Shown piece after piece: positions 1 through 10,213 of a stretch of 64,000 bases of DNA; within the stretch, counting starts at the first letter, position 1, and each line of letters starts with the position of its first letter. A program made the translations under genes and the position numbers. Origin of the DNA: Candidatus Scatosoma sp. (lineage in GTDB: Bacteria; Bacillota; Clostridia; Christensenellales; Borkfalkiaceae). Under the pieces are notes generated by a model. It had not been told where the DNA came from and did no database searches. It saw only the letters and a program-made list of their open reading frames with translations. The DNA lies in NCBI GenBank assembly GCA_045655725.1, contig JAZOPT010000036.1:6542-70541 (forward strand). Reading direction: 5' to 3'.

Positions 1-60
1 GGCGTGTGCCTTGTTGGCTTTTTAGCCCTGTTTATACTTTTGCAAATAGGTAAGCGTTAA
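1..60 (+). CDS. 3' end of an upstream CDS (hydrophobic tail ...GVCLVGFLALFILLQIGKR*), truncated by the window edge
   Basis: Frame 1 is open from nt 1 to TAA at 58-60 and is followed by a terminator hairpin at 71-98. Confidence 0.3.
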   Translation, partial: GVCLVGFLALFILLQIGKR

Positions 61-70
61 ACAAAACATG

Positions 71-98
71 AAATCCTTGTGAAAAGCAGGGATTTTTT
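71..98 (+). terminator. Rho-independent terminator
   Basis: AAATCCTTG / CAGGGATTT 9-bp stem (one G-U), 7-nt loop, T6 run. Confidence 0.6.
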
Positions 99-109
99 CG
101 TTGAAACGA

Positions 110-138
110 TTGACTTTGTCGCCGTGAAAAAATATAAT
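110..138 (+). promoter_or_regulatory. Sigma-70-type promoter of the ABC exporter operon
   Basis: TTGACT (110-115), 17-nt spacer, TATAAT (133-138), about 35 nt upstream of the ATG at 173. Confidence 0.6.
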
Positions 139-172
139 AGTATTATATTTTGAAAAACATGAGGAGAGAAAA

Positions 173-1981
173 ATGCCCAACACGCTCAAAACGCTTTTAG
201 GCAGCGTAAGAGAATATAAAAAGCCGTCGCTGATCACGCCGATTTTTATGGCGTTGGAGGCGTTCTGCGAGTGCTTGATTCCGTTTTTTATGGCAAGAAT
301 GGTAAACGAGGTACAGGCAAGCGCAACCACGGCAATGACGCCTATTTTGAAATACGGAATTATTTTGATACTGCTTGCGATAGCGTCAATGACAAGCGGC
401 GTTCTGGCGGGGAGATTTGCGGCGAAAGCCAGCTGCGGATTTGCCTCCAACCTGCGCCACGATTTGTTTTATCGAGTACAGAAATTTTCCTTTTCCAACG
501 TGGATAAATTTTCCACGTCCTCGTTGGTTACCCGTTTGACAACGGACGTTACCAACGTACAGCAATCGTATCAAATGTGCTTGCGTATCGCTATCCGCGT
601 GCCCTTGCAGTTTATTTTCGCTATCATCATGAGCTTTACAATCAACGCGCGGCTTGCTTGGATTTTCCTCGTTATCATGCCGTTTTTGGCGTTGATTCTG
701 TTCTCCATTATGCGCTTTGTAATGCCCTTTTTTCGCCGTATCTTCAAAAAGTACGACGCGCTGAACAATTCGGTGCAGGAAAACGTGGGCGGTATCCGCG
801 TGGTAAAATCGTTCGTGCGGGAAAAGTATGAAACGGAGAAGTTCCAAAAGGCGGCGGGCGAAGTGAAAAACGACTTCACCAAAGCCGAAAAAATAATGGC
901 GTTGAACAACCCTATTATGACCTTTTTTATCAACTTCGCGGCAGTGCTTATCTCTTTCCTTGGCGCAACGGCGATTATCAAAACCGCAGAGGCAAACGGC
1001 GGAACGCTGCCCCTCGGCGCGTTCTCTACGGGCGATTTGTCCGCGCTGATTACGTACGGAATCCAAATTTTGTCTAGCTGTATGATGTTCTCGATGGTGT
1101 TCGTTATGATTACCATGTCGTTTGAATCTGCGCGCCGTATCAGCGAGGTGTTAAACGAGCAATCGGATATTGTCAGCCCCGAAAACGGTGAAACGGCGGT
1201 TAAGGACGGCAGTATCCGCTTTGAAAACGTCAGCTTCAAATACTCGGCGAAAGCCAATAAATACGCTCTTTCGGACATCGACCTTACCATTGCATCGGGC
1301 GAAACGGTGGGTATTTTGGGCGGAACGGGTTCTTCCAAGACCTCGCTTATTCAGCTCATTCCCCGTTTGTACGACGCGACGGAGGGAACGGTGTACGTTG
1401 GCGGTTTGGACGTAAGAAAGTACGATTTGGACGCTTTGAGAAAGGAAGTGGCGGTGGTGCTGCAAAAGAACGTTCTGTTCTCGGGTACGATTAAGGAAAA
1501 CCTGCGCTGGGGGGACGAAAACGCGACGGACGAAGAAATAGAGCGCGCTTGCAAGCTGGCGCAAGCGGACGAATTTATCCGTTCCTTCCCCGACGGCTAC
1601 GATACGTATATCGAACAGGGCGGCACGAACGTTTCAGGCGGTCAGAAGCAGCGGCTTTGTATTGCCCGCGCGTTGTTGCGGAAGCCGAAAGTACTTATTT
1701 TGGACGATTCTACCTCCGCAGTAGATACCAAGACGGACGCATTAATCCGTCATGCTTTTGCGCAGGAAATTCCCGATACGACGAAAATTATTATTGCGCA
1801 GCGCGTATCCTCCGTAGAGAACGCCGATAAAATTATCGTGCTGGACGGCGGCAAGATTATCGCGTGCGGCAATCATGCGAAGCTTATGGAAAACAGCGCA
1901 ATTTACCGTGAAATATACGAAGCGCAAACCAAAGGTAAGGAAGAAGATTCGACGGATTTGACGGAAGGGGGTGCAATGTAA
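173..1981 (+). CDS. ABC exporter, fused permease/ATPase subunit (heterodimer partner 1)
   Basis: 602-aa ORF with an N-terminal multi-TM domain. Walker A GGTGSSKTS, signature VSGGQKQR, Walker B LILDDSTSAVD. SD GAGGAG upstream; stop overlaps the next start (TAATG). Confidence 0.93.
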   Translation: MPNTLKTLLGSVREYKKPSLITPIFMALEAFCECLIPFFMARMVNEVQASATTAMTPILKYGIILILLAIASMTSGVLAGRFAAKASCGFASNLRHDLFYRVQKFSFSNVDKFSTSSLVTRLTTDVTNVQQSYQMCLRIAIRVPLQFIFAIIMSFTINARLAWIFLVIMPFLALILFSIMRFVMPFFRRIFKKYDALNNSVQENVGGIRVVKSFVREKYETEKFQKAAGEVKNDFTKAEKIMALNNPIMTFFINFAAVLISFLGATAIIKTAEANGGTLPLGAFSTGDLSALITYGIQILSSCMMFSMVFVMITMSFESARRISEVLNEQSDIVSPENGETAVKDGSIRFENVSFKYSAKANKYALSDIDLTIASGETVGILGGTGSSKTSLIQLIPRLYDATEGTVYVGGLDVRKYDLDALRKEVAVVLQKNVLFSGTIKENLRWGDENATDEEIERACKLAQADEFIRSFPDGYDTYIEQGGTNVSGGQKQRLCIARALLRKPKVLILDDSTSAVDTKTDALIRHAFAQEIPDTTKIIIAQRVSSVENADKIIVLDGGKIIACGNHAKLMENSAIYREIYEAQTKGKEEDSTDLTEGGAM

Positions 1982-3957
1982 TGGCAGAAGAAAGAATGCA
2001 ATCCCGACCCCGTCCTATGCGACCCATGCGGGGCAGAGGCATGCCCGTACCCAAGGGCGCAATCAAAAAAGGAACGCTCAAACGCCTTGTAAAATTGGTG
2101 TTACAGCATTATAAATGGCAGATGATCGTGGCGTTTGTATGTATCTTTTTCAACGCTATGGGTAGTTTGATATCCTCCGTGTTTATGCAGTCGCTTATCG
2201 ACGACGTGATCACGCCGGGGATAACGGCTGGCTACGGAGCGGTGGCAGGCAAGCTTATCGGCATGATTATCGGCATGGCTTCCGCTTATATGATCGTCAT
2301 CATCGCGGGATTTTTCTACAACCGTATTATGGCGGTGGTAACGCAGGGTATGCTGTATCATCTCCGCGCGGATATGTTTGCGAAAATGCAGACATTGCCC
2401 ATTAAATATTTCGATACGCACGCGCACGGCGAAATTATGAGTACGTACACCAACGATACGGACGCAACCCGTCAGCTCATCGGGCAATCGCTTCCTACGT
2501 TGCTTAGCAGTAGTTTGACGTTGCTTGTTTCCGTAAGCCTTATGATATGGTATAGCCTTTGGCTGTTTTTGGTGGTGTGCGTGTGCACGTTCGCCATGAC
2601 CTTTGTTATCAAAAAAATAGGCGGCAACAGCGCAAAGTACATGGTAGCGCAACAGCGTTCGTTGGCGGCGGAAGAAGGCTTTGTCGAAGAGATGATGAAA
2701 GGTCAGAAGGTGGTGAAGGTATTCACGCACGAAGAACGAGCCAAAAACGATTTCGACAAACTGAACAAGCAGCTTTACGAGGATAGCAAACGCGCGCACG
2801 TGTTTGGGAATATTCTCGGTCCTATTCTTGGGAATATCGGTAACTTCAATTACGTTCTGCTTGCCATTTGCGGCGGACTGCTCTATACGTTAGGCGCGCC
2901 CAATATCGCGCTCAGCAGTGTGAAAACGGGTATAGAAATCATTTCTATCGGTATGATTATTGCGTTTTTGGGAATGTCGCGTAACTTTACGCAAATCGTC
3001 AACCAAATGTCGCATCAGGTTTCCATGATTGCCATGGGTCTAGCGGGCGCAAGCCGCGTGTTCACGCTCATGGACGAACAGCCCGAACAGGACGAGGGCT
3101 ACGTTACGCTTGTCAACGCCAAATACGATGAAAATGGCGAGCTGACGGAAACGGCGGAACGTACGGGTCTTTGGGCGTGGAAGCACTATCATAAATCGGA
3201 CGATACCACTACCTATACGCAGCTGAAAGGGGATATCGTCATGGACAGCGTCGATTTTGGGTACGTAGAGGATAAACAGGTACTCACCGACGTTTCGTTG
3301 TACGCAAAGCCGGGTCAGAAGATAGCGTTTGTCGGCGCGACGGGTGCGGGCAAGACCACGGTAACCAACCTCATTAACCGTTTTTACGATATAGCGGACG
3401 GCAAGATACGCTACGACGGAATCAATATCAATAAAATACGCAAAAGCGATTTGCGGCGTTCGCTGGGCATCGTGTTGCAGGACGTCAATCTGTTTACGGG
3501 TACGGTAATGGAAAATATCCGTTACGGCAGATTGGACGCAACGGACGAAGAATGTATCGAGGCGGCGAAGCTTGCCAACGCAGACGATTTTATTTGCCGT
3601 TTGCCCGATGGGTATCAAACGATGCTTACCAATAACGGTGCAAATTTATCGCAAGGACAACGGCAGCTGTTGTCTATCGCCCGTGCGGCGGTGGCGGATA
3701 CGCCCGCAATGATTTTGGACGAGGCAACCTCCTCTATCGATACGCGGACGGAAGCGCTTGTCAACGACGGTATGGATAAATTGATGAAGGGCAGAACGGT
3801 ATTCGTTATTGCGCATAGGCTTTCCACCGTTCGCAATTCGGACGCCATTATGGTATTAGACCATGGAAAGATTATCGAGCGCGGCACGCACGAGCAGCTT
3901 TTGGAAGCGCGCGGAACGTATTATCAGCTTTACACGGGCGCGTTTGAATTAGAATAA
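1981..3957 (+). CDS. ABC exporter, fused permease/ATPase subunit (heterodimer partner 2)
   Basis: 658-aa ORF with a TM domain. Walker A GATGAGKTT, signature LSQGQRQ, Walker B ILDEATSSID. Translationally coupled to the upstream subunit. Confidence 0.93.
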   Translation: MAEERMQSRPRPMRPMRGRGMPVPKGAIKKGTLKRLVKLVLQHYKWQMIVAFVCIFFNAMGSLISSVFMQSLIDDVITPGITAGYGAVAGKLIGMIIGMASAYMIVIIAGFFYNRIMAVVTQGMLYHLRADMFAKMQTLPIKYFDTHAHGEIMSTYTNDTDATRQLIGQSLPTLLSSSLTLLVSVSLMIWYSLWLFLVVCVCTFAMTFVIKKIGGNSAKYMVAQQRSLAAEEGFVEEMMKGQKVVKVFTHEERAKNDFDKLNKQLYEDSKRAHVFGNILGPILGNIGNFNYVLLAICGGLLYTLGAPNIALSSVKTGIEIISIGMIIAFLGMSRNFTQIVNQMSHQVSMIAMGLAGASRVFTLMDEQPEQDEGYVTLVNAKYDENGELTETAERTGLWAWKHYHKSDDTTTYTQLKGDIVMDSVDFGYVEDKQVLTDVSLYAKPGQKIAFVGATGAGKTTVTNLINRFYDIADGKIRYDGININKIRKSDLRRSLGIVLQDVNLFTGTVMENIRYGRLDATDEECIEAAKLANADDFICRLPDGYQTMLTNNGANLSQGQRQLLSIARAAVADTPAMILDEATSSIDTRTEALVNDGMDKLMKGRTVFVIAHRLSTVRNSDAIMVLDHGKIIERGTHEQLLEARGTYYQLYTGAFELE

Positions 3958-3975
3958 TTGACGATAAACGCAAAA

Positions 3976-4016
3976 GCCGCCCTCTCCACGCGTGGAGAGG
4001 GCGGCTAATTTTTTTG
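3976..4016. terminator. Bidirectional rho-independent terminator
   Basis: Perfect 13-bp stem GCCGCCCTCTCCA / TGGAGAGGGCGGC, CGCG loop, T-run; lies between convergent genes. Confidence 0.85.
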
Positions 4017-4223
4017 TTATAAACCTAAAATATCGTCGGCAGATACGTCTAACAATTTGCATAAATTAGCAAACGTATCCAAGGACGGGAACTTGTTTTG
4101 TCGCATATATTTACTGACGGTGGACGGATTCACTCCCAATTTTTCCGCCAATTCTTTTTGCGAGAGGTGGCTGTATTTTATCGCTTCGCGCAACCGAACT
4201 TGTATTTCTTCAATCTTTATCAT
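4017..4223 (-). CDS. XRE-family helix-turn-helix transcriptional regulator (about 68 aa)
   Basis: MIKIEEIQVRLREAIKYSHLSQKELAEKLGVNPSTVSKYMRQNKFPSLDTFANLCKLL is a typical Cro/C1 HTH. The internal Met at 4223 is preferred over the ORF-track start at 4271. Confidence 0.8.
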   Translation of the reverse strand: MIKIEEIQVRLREAIKYSHLSQKELAEKLGVNPSTVSKYMRQNKFPSLDTFANLCKLLDVSADDILGL

Positions 4224-4255
4224 AGATAAATAATAGCACGTTGTACAATTTTTGT

Positions 4256-4285
4256 TTGACAAAAGGCACATTGTGCCACTATAAT
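4256..4285 (+). promoter_or_regulatory. Promoter with embedded operator-like palindrome
   Basis: TTGACA (4256-4261), 18-nt spacer, TATAAT (4280-4285). The perfect inverted repeat GGCACA-T-TGTGCC (4265-4277) lies inside the spacer. Confidence 0.5.
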
Positions 4286-4325
4286 ATTTGTAAATAATAA
4301 AAATATATGTATGGGAGGCGTTATT

Positions 4326-4640
4326 TTGAAGAAGAGAGTATTTTTGATGTGGATTAGTTCTATTATTTTCACGACAGGTTCATTTATTTTATTGATTTGC
4401 TTGTATATGGGATATCAAACGCAACTTTTTTGCTGTGAAGAAAAACAAGGTTTTATTGTTTGCGCTATTGCATTAGTGTTAAGTGTTTTAGGTGTGATAG
4501 CTACTATAATCGCTTCTTTTATGGAGGAAAAAGTGAATATTACGGATACATTATTATGGGAATTATTAACAAGCTTTATTTTTATTATGGCTATGGCGGG
4601 AATAGTAGTTGCGGCATTTGCTTTTATTTCGCATATTTAA
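4326..4640 (+). CDS. Small multi-pass membrane protein, unknown function
   Basis: The ORF-track ORF is 4311-4640. A TTG at 4326 is preceded by GGGAGG (4313-4318) at good spacing. Three to four hydrophobic helices; AT-rich. Confidence 0.55.
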   Translation: MKKRVFLMWISSIIFTTGSFILLICLYMGYQTQLFCCEEKQGFIVCAIALVLSVLGVIATIIASFMEEKVNITDTLLWELLTSFIFIMAMAGIVVAAFAFISHI

Positions 4641-4724
4641 GAAATAAGTAATAGTGAAAAAGTGCGGAAGAAAAAAAATTTTTCAAAAAGTTGTTTAAGG
4701 TGCGTTTTGGGTGGTTACATATAA

Positions 4725-6587
<1,863 letters not shown>

Positions 6588-6602
6588 GAAATAAGAAGTA
6601 AG

Positions 6603-6633
6603 TATGCTACGGGCTTGGCGCAAACCAAGCCCG
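6603..6633 (+). repeat. TATGCTACG box plus 9-bp GC hairpin (mini member of the intergenic element family)
   Basis: TATGCTACG at 6603-6611, then CGGGCTTGG-CGCAAA-CCAAGCCCG (6610-6633). The same box-plus-hairpin layout recurs at 25525, 26042, 54814 and 60362. Confidence 0.5.
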
Positions 6634-6657
6634 AAAAGCGTATAAATAGGAATTACC

Positions 6658-7812
6658 ATGGCGGATAAAAAGAATTATTACGATATTTTAGGCGTAGATA
6701 AAAAGGCTACGCCCGACCAAATAAAGTCGGCGTACAGAAAGCTTGCGATGAAATATCACCCCGACCGCAATCAAGGCGATGCGGCGGCGGCAGAAAAATT
6801 CAAGGAAATCAACGAAGCGAACGAAACGCTTTCCGACGAGCAAAAGCGCGCCGCGTACGATTACGAGCTGGAACACCCCGGTATGGGCGGTTTCGGCGGC
6901 TTTGGCGGCGGTGGCTTCGAGGGAAGTTTTAGCGGTTTCGAGGATATTTTTTCCAACATTTTCGGCGGCGGTTTTGGTGGCGGCTTCGGCGGCGGCAGAA
7001 CGGCGCGTTCGGAAGTGGGGGAGGATATCCAACGCGAAATGACGCTTTCGTTTATGGACGCGGCAAAAGGTTGCAAAAAGACGGTGTCTTATACGCGTAA
7101 CGCGCCTTGCGAAAGCTGTCGCGGAACGGGCGCAAAGAACGGTACGGAATACGCTACCTGCGGCAGATGTCAAGGTAAGGGCGTGGTGCAACAGGTGCAA
7201 AACACCATGTTTGGGCGTACCATTCGGCAAAGCGTTTGCCCCGATTGTAACGGCAGCGGTAGGCAGATAAAAGAAAAATGCCCCGACTGTAAGGGCAGAG
7301 GGTACGAGCGCAAGGAAACGACGGTAACGCTGGATATTCCCGCGGGCGTAAATACCAATAGTTACATGAAGAAAAAAGGCATGGGTCAAGCGGCGAGCGG
7401 CGGCGGTATGGCAGGCGATTTGATTATCGTGTTCCGTGTAGAACCGCATAAAATCTTCGTGCGCGATAACTTCGATTTGAAGATAGAGCTTCCCATTTCC
7501 TTTAAGACGGCGGCGCTTGGCGGCGTTGTGAAAGTGCCTACTATTGACGATACGTTCGATTTCACCATTCCCGAGGGAACGCAAAGCGGACAGGTGTTTA
7601 CCATTCGAGGCAAAGGCATACGTTCGGCACGGGGCGGTACGGGCAATTTGATTTTGCGCGTGCTAGTGGAAGTGCCTACCAAGCTTTCCAAGGACCAAAA
7701 GAAAGAGATAGAAAAGCTGGATAAAAATATCGAGCTGAAACAGCAAGAGCGAATGAAGAAATATTCCGATAACGTGGAGAGCCTGTACGGCGCAAAACCG
7801 TTTGGGAAATAA
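6658..7812 (+). CDS. dnaJ: Co-chaperone DnaJ
   Basis: J-domain with HPDRN, a G/F-rich linker, four CxxCxGxG zinc-finger repeats. Confidence 0.97.
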   Translation: MADKKNYYDILGVDKKATPDQIKSAYRKLAMKYHPDRNQGDAAAAEKFKEINEANETLSDEQKRAAYDYELEHPGMGGFGGFGGGGFEGSFSGFEDIFSNIFGGGFGGGFGGGRTARSEVGEDIQREMTLSFMDAAKGCKKTVSYTRNAPCESCRGTGAKNGTEYATCGRCQGKGVVQQVQNTMFGRTIRQSVCPDCNGSGRQIKEKCPDCKGRGYERKETTVTLDIPAGVNTNSYMKKKGMGQAASGGGMAGDLIIVFRVEPHKIFVRDNFDLKIELPISFKTAALGGVVKVPTIDDTFDFTIPEGTQSGQVFTIRGKGIRSARGGTGNLILRVLVEVPTKLSKDQKKEIEKLDKNIELKQQERMKKYSDNVESLYGAKPFGK

Positions 7813-7830
7813 TATAAGAATAAAAAAGTA

Positions 7831-7875
7831 AAACACACTATATTTCGTGAGAGCGAAACATAGTGTGTTTTTAAT
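7831..7875. terminator. Bidirectional terminator hairpin
   Basis: AAACACACTA / TAGTGTGTTT outer stem with inner TTTCG/CGAAA pairing, T-run; lies between convergent dnaJ and the 7886-8548 gene. Confidence 0.7.
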
Positions 7876-7885
7876 TAGTGTCGCG

Positions 7886-8548
7886 TTAGTTTTCTGCAAT
7901 TTCTGAACTTTCTGCAATTTCTCTATTTTCGGTGTTTTCTGCGGCTTCTGCTTTTTCGACGAGAACTTTTATTTTATATTCATCGATATTTTTCAAAGTG
8001 CCTTTGACTTTCTTAAAGGTAAGGAAAGGTGCAACGTACACGCAGAAAGCTGCCCAACACACAAAGCTTGCCGTGGCGGCGATATAAGCAAACAACAAAC
8101 CTTTTGTTTCCGTATGGGAAGAAACCTTGTATGTATTTCCGTATTCGTGTGTTACGTCAACGTAGGTTGTTTTTACCTGTTCTCCGACAATGAAACCAAA
8201 TTTGCTTGCATTGAAGACAACCTTAATCATTTTCTTGAAATACAGAAAAAAGGAGGCATATCCCCAACAAGTCAGCAACGTAAGGGGCAAAGCCAATACG
8301 GCTATAAACGGGATAACGGCGGTGGGAATATCTACTGCTTCATTTTCTAAAATGGCAGATACAAGGACAATAGCAAGTAAAGTGGTAACTAACGCTACGG
8401 CGGTAAAGACACCGTATAAAATAACCGTCTTTTTCAGCCACTTTTTCGCGTTGGCAACGTCTTCGTCCGTTTTGATAGGGTCTGGGGTGGAATAAGCGTA
8501 AAAGAAACACTTAAAAATGTTTTTAATTGCTGTTTTGAATGCGTTCAT
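7886..8548 (-). CDS. Multi-pass membrane protein, unknown function, acidic repetitive C-terminus
   Basis: 220-aa ORF with several hydrophobic helices and the tail AEAAENTENREIAESSEIAEN; SD AAAGGAG upstream. Confidence 0.7.
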   Translation of the reverse strand: MNAFKTAIKNIFKCFFYAYSTPDPIKTDEDVANAKKWLKKTVILYGVFTAVALVTTLLAIVLVSAILENEAVDIPTAVIPFIAVLALPLTLLTCWGYASFFLYFKKMIKVVFNASKFGFIVGEQVKTTYVDVTHEYGNTYKVSSHTETKGLLFAYIAATASFVCWAAFCVYVAPFLTFKKVKGTLKNIDEYKIKVLVEKAEAAENTENREIAESSEIAEN

Positions 8549-8561
8549 TTTTTTCTCCTTT

Positions 8562-8714
8562 TTATTTTTTTTGAACTGTTTGTGCTGCCTTCTTTCGTGC
8601 TACATTTTTGAAAAACCTCCTAAAATAAAAAAGTGCGCCAACCGAAGTCAACGCACCGAAAAATGCGAAACTCCAAGTTGTCGCCAAACGAACTTTTCCC
8701 ACAAGTATAAGCAT
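8562..8714 (-). CDS. Candidate 50-aa small membrane protein (below the ORF-track cutoff)
   Basis: Hand translation gives MLILVGKVRLATTWSFAFFGALTSVGALFYFRRFFKNVARKKAAQTVQKK*. Its stop lies 13 nt upstream of the 8548 start codon. Weak SD (GGGGA). Confidence 0.3.
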   Translation of the reverse strand: MLILVGKVRLATTWSFAFFGALTSVGALFYFRRFFKNVARKKAAQTVQKK

Positions 8715-8919
8715 AGTGATATCCCCATACCATTAAACGGGAGTCGCATTTTTACCAAATGGATTTCGTTTATTAGTATGGCAAAATAGAGCATAATTAT
8801 CCGTAAAAATAGACTATGCTTACTTTGTGGTTATTTAATTCGTTTGGCATAATTAGTATAGCACATATCAAAAAAATTATCAAGTAGTTTTCCCTACTAA
8901 AACAGTTGAGGGTGGATAT

Positions 8920-8963
8920 AAAAAAGTAAAAACAAAAGACCTTTCCGATATGGAAAGGTCTTT
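8920..8963 (-). terminator. Rho-independent terminator of the rpsF-ssb-rpsR operon
   Basis: 12-bp stem AAAGACCTTTCC / GGAAAGGTCTTT with a T-rich tract on the minus strand just downstream of the rpsR stop. Confidence 0.8.
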
Positions 8964-8979
8964 ATGCATTTGAGATAAA

Positions 8980-9228
8980 TTATTCTCCTTTGAAAGGGAG
9001 AAGAGCTGCGATTCTTGCACGCTTGATTGCCGTAGCAACAAGTCTTTGGTGCGCAGCGCACGTACCGCTCATTCTGCGGGGAAGGATTTTACCGCCTTCG
9101 GTGATGAATTTCTTCAAACGGTTTACGTCCTTATAATCGATTGCTTCGACTTTTTCTTGGCAGAATGCGCATACCTTTTTACGGGGCGCTTTTTTGAATA
9201 CCTTTTTTACAGGTGCTTTTTCTTCCAT
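8980..9228 (-). CDS. rpsR: 30S ribosomal protein S18
   Basis: 82 aa; CAFCQEK...[33 protein letters not shown] is the canonical S18 core. Confidence 0.97.
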   Translation of the reverse strand: MEEKAPVKKVFKKAPRKKVCAFCQEKVEAIDYKDVNRLKKFITEGGKILPRRMSGTCAAHQRLVATAIKRARIAALLPFKGE

Positions 9229-9266
9229 GACAGTGTACTCCTTAAATTATTTTTCGCCTTCTTTGA

Positions 9267-9692
9267 TTAGAAGGGGATATCGCTGTCGTCGTCCATTGCC
9301 TGCAAAACAGGCTTGCGCTTGGGCGCGGCAGCACGGGGAGCGGCTTCCGATACGTCGTCAAACGAATCGCCGCTGTTCTTCGGCGTAAGGAATTCTACGT
9401 CCTGTGCGATAATATCCACAGCCGTACGCTTTACGCCTTGGTTGTCCTCATAGTTGCGAAGCTGAATGCTTCCCACAATGGCAACCTTGTTGCCCTTTTT
9501 GGTATAACGCGCAATCGTTTCGCCCATAGCACGCCATGCGGTTACGTTAAAGAAATCCGTTTGACGTTCGCCGTCTTGCGAAGCGTAATTTCTGTTTACC
9601 GCTATGGAAAAACGGCATACGGGAACACCCGAGGGGGTTTCCGTCAATTCAGGGTCGCGCGTTAAGTTACCGATTAAAAATACTTTGTTCAT
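9267..9692 (-). CDS. ssb: Single-stranded DNA-binding protein
   Basis: MNKVFLIGNLTRDPEL OB-fold start and the acidic C-terminal tip DDDSDIPF. Confidence 0.97.
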   Translation of the reverse strand: MNKVFLIGNLTRDPELTETPSGVPVCRFSIAVNRNYASQDGERQTDFFNVTAWRAMGETIARYTKKGNKVAIVGSIQLRNYEDNQGVKRTAVDIIAQDVEFLTPKNSGDSFDDVSEAAPRAAAPKRKPVLQAMDDDSDIPF

Positions 9693-9709
9693 TCCTTTTC
9701 CCTCTTAAC

Positions 9710-9994
9710 TTAGTTGAGCTTCGTAATCAAACGTCTAACAACGTCTGCGTCGATGCCTGCAACACGTTTTAACTCTTCAACAACTTTGCCGTCTGCTTCA
9801 AAGGACATAAGCACGTAGTAAGCTTCGTTTTTGAAGTTGATAGGGTAAGCGGTTTTTCTCGTGCCCCACTTGTCCGTGGATGCAACCGCGCCGCCCATCG
9901 ACGTTACGATGCCTTCATACTTCGCGATTTCCGCTTCCTTTGCTTCGTCCGTCAAATCGTTGTTGATCAGATAGAGCATTTCGTATTTAGCCAT
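9710..9994 (-). CDS. rpsF: 30S ribosomal protein S6
   Basis: 94 aa starting MAKYEMLYLI...; conserved rpsF-ssb-rpsR order. Confidence 0.95.
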   Translation of the reverse strand: MAKYEMLYLINNDLTDEAKEAEIAKYEGIVTSMGGAVASTDKWGTRKTAYPINFKNEAYYVLMSFEADGKVVEELKRVAGIDADVVRRLITKLN

Positions 9995-10093
9995 ACTTTT
10001 TCACCTCCTGGTCTTATTCGGTTCGCCTTAAATGCGAACAAGGTTGGTTTGACTCCCGTCAAGCCACGCAGCTTTTTCAAGTCGCGTAGAGAT

Positions 10094-10122
10094 ATTATAT
10101 CCCATTTTGGGTAATTAGTCAA
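10094..10122 (-). promoter_or_regulatory. Sigma-70-type promoter of the rpsF operon
   Basis: On the minus strand TTGACT (10122-10117), 17-nt spacer, TATAAT (10099-10094). It is followed by a leader of about 100 nt. Confidence 0.6.
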
Positions 10123-10213
10123 TCGTTTTTATGCGTTTTTTAAGGATTTTAGCGCGATTTTTGCCGAAAAATACGCAAAACGCATGGAAAACTTGATAGA
10201 AAGGAAACTTCGG

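Noticed and set aside
22-450. 142-aa minus-strand ORF at the window start
   Set aside because: It overlaps the promoter and 5' end of the ABC exporter gene, and has no SD or motif. It is probably spurious.
8715-8919. Gene-free AT-rich stretch of about 200 nt between the candidate small ORF and the rpsR terminator, considered as a possible sRNA or tRNA locus
   Set aside because: No tRNA-like cloverleaf, no strong promoter and terminator pair, and no conserved motif are recognisable. It most likely holds the promoter region of the 7886-8714 minus-strand genes.
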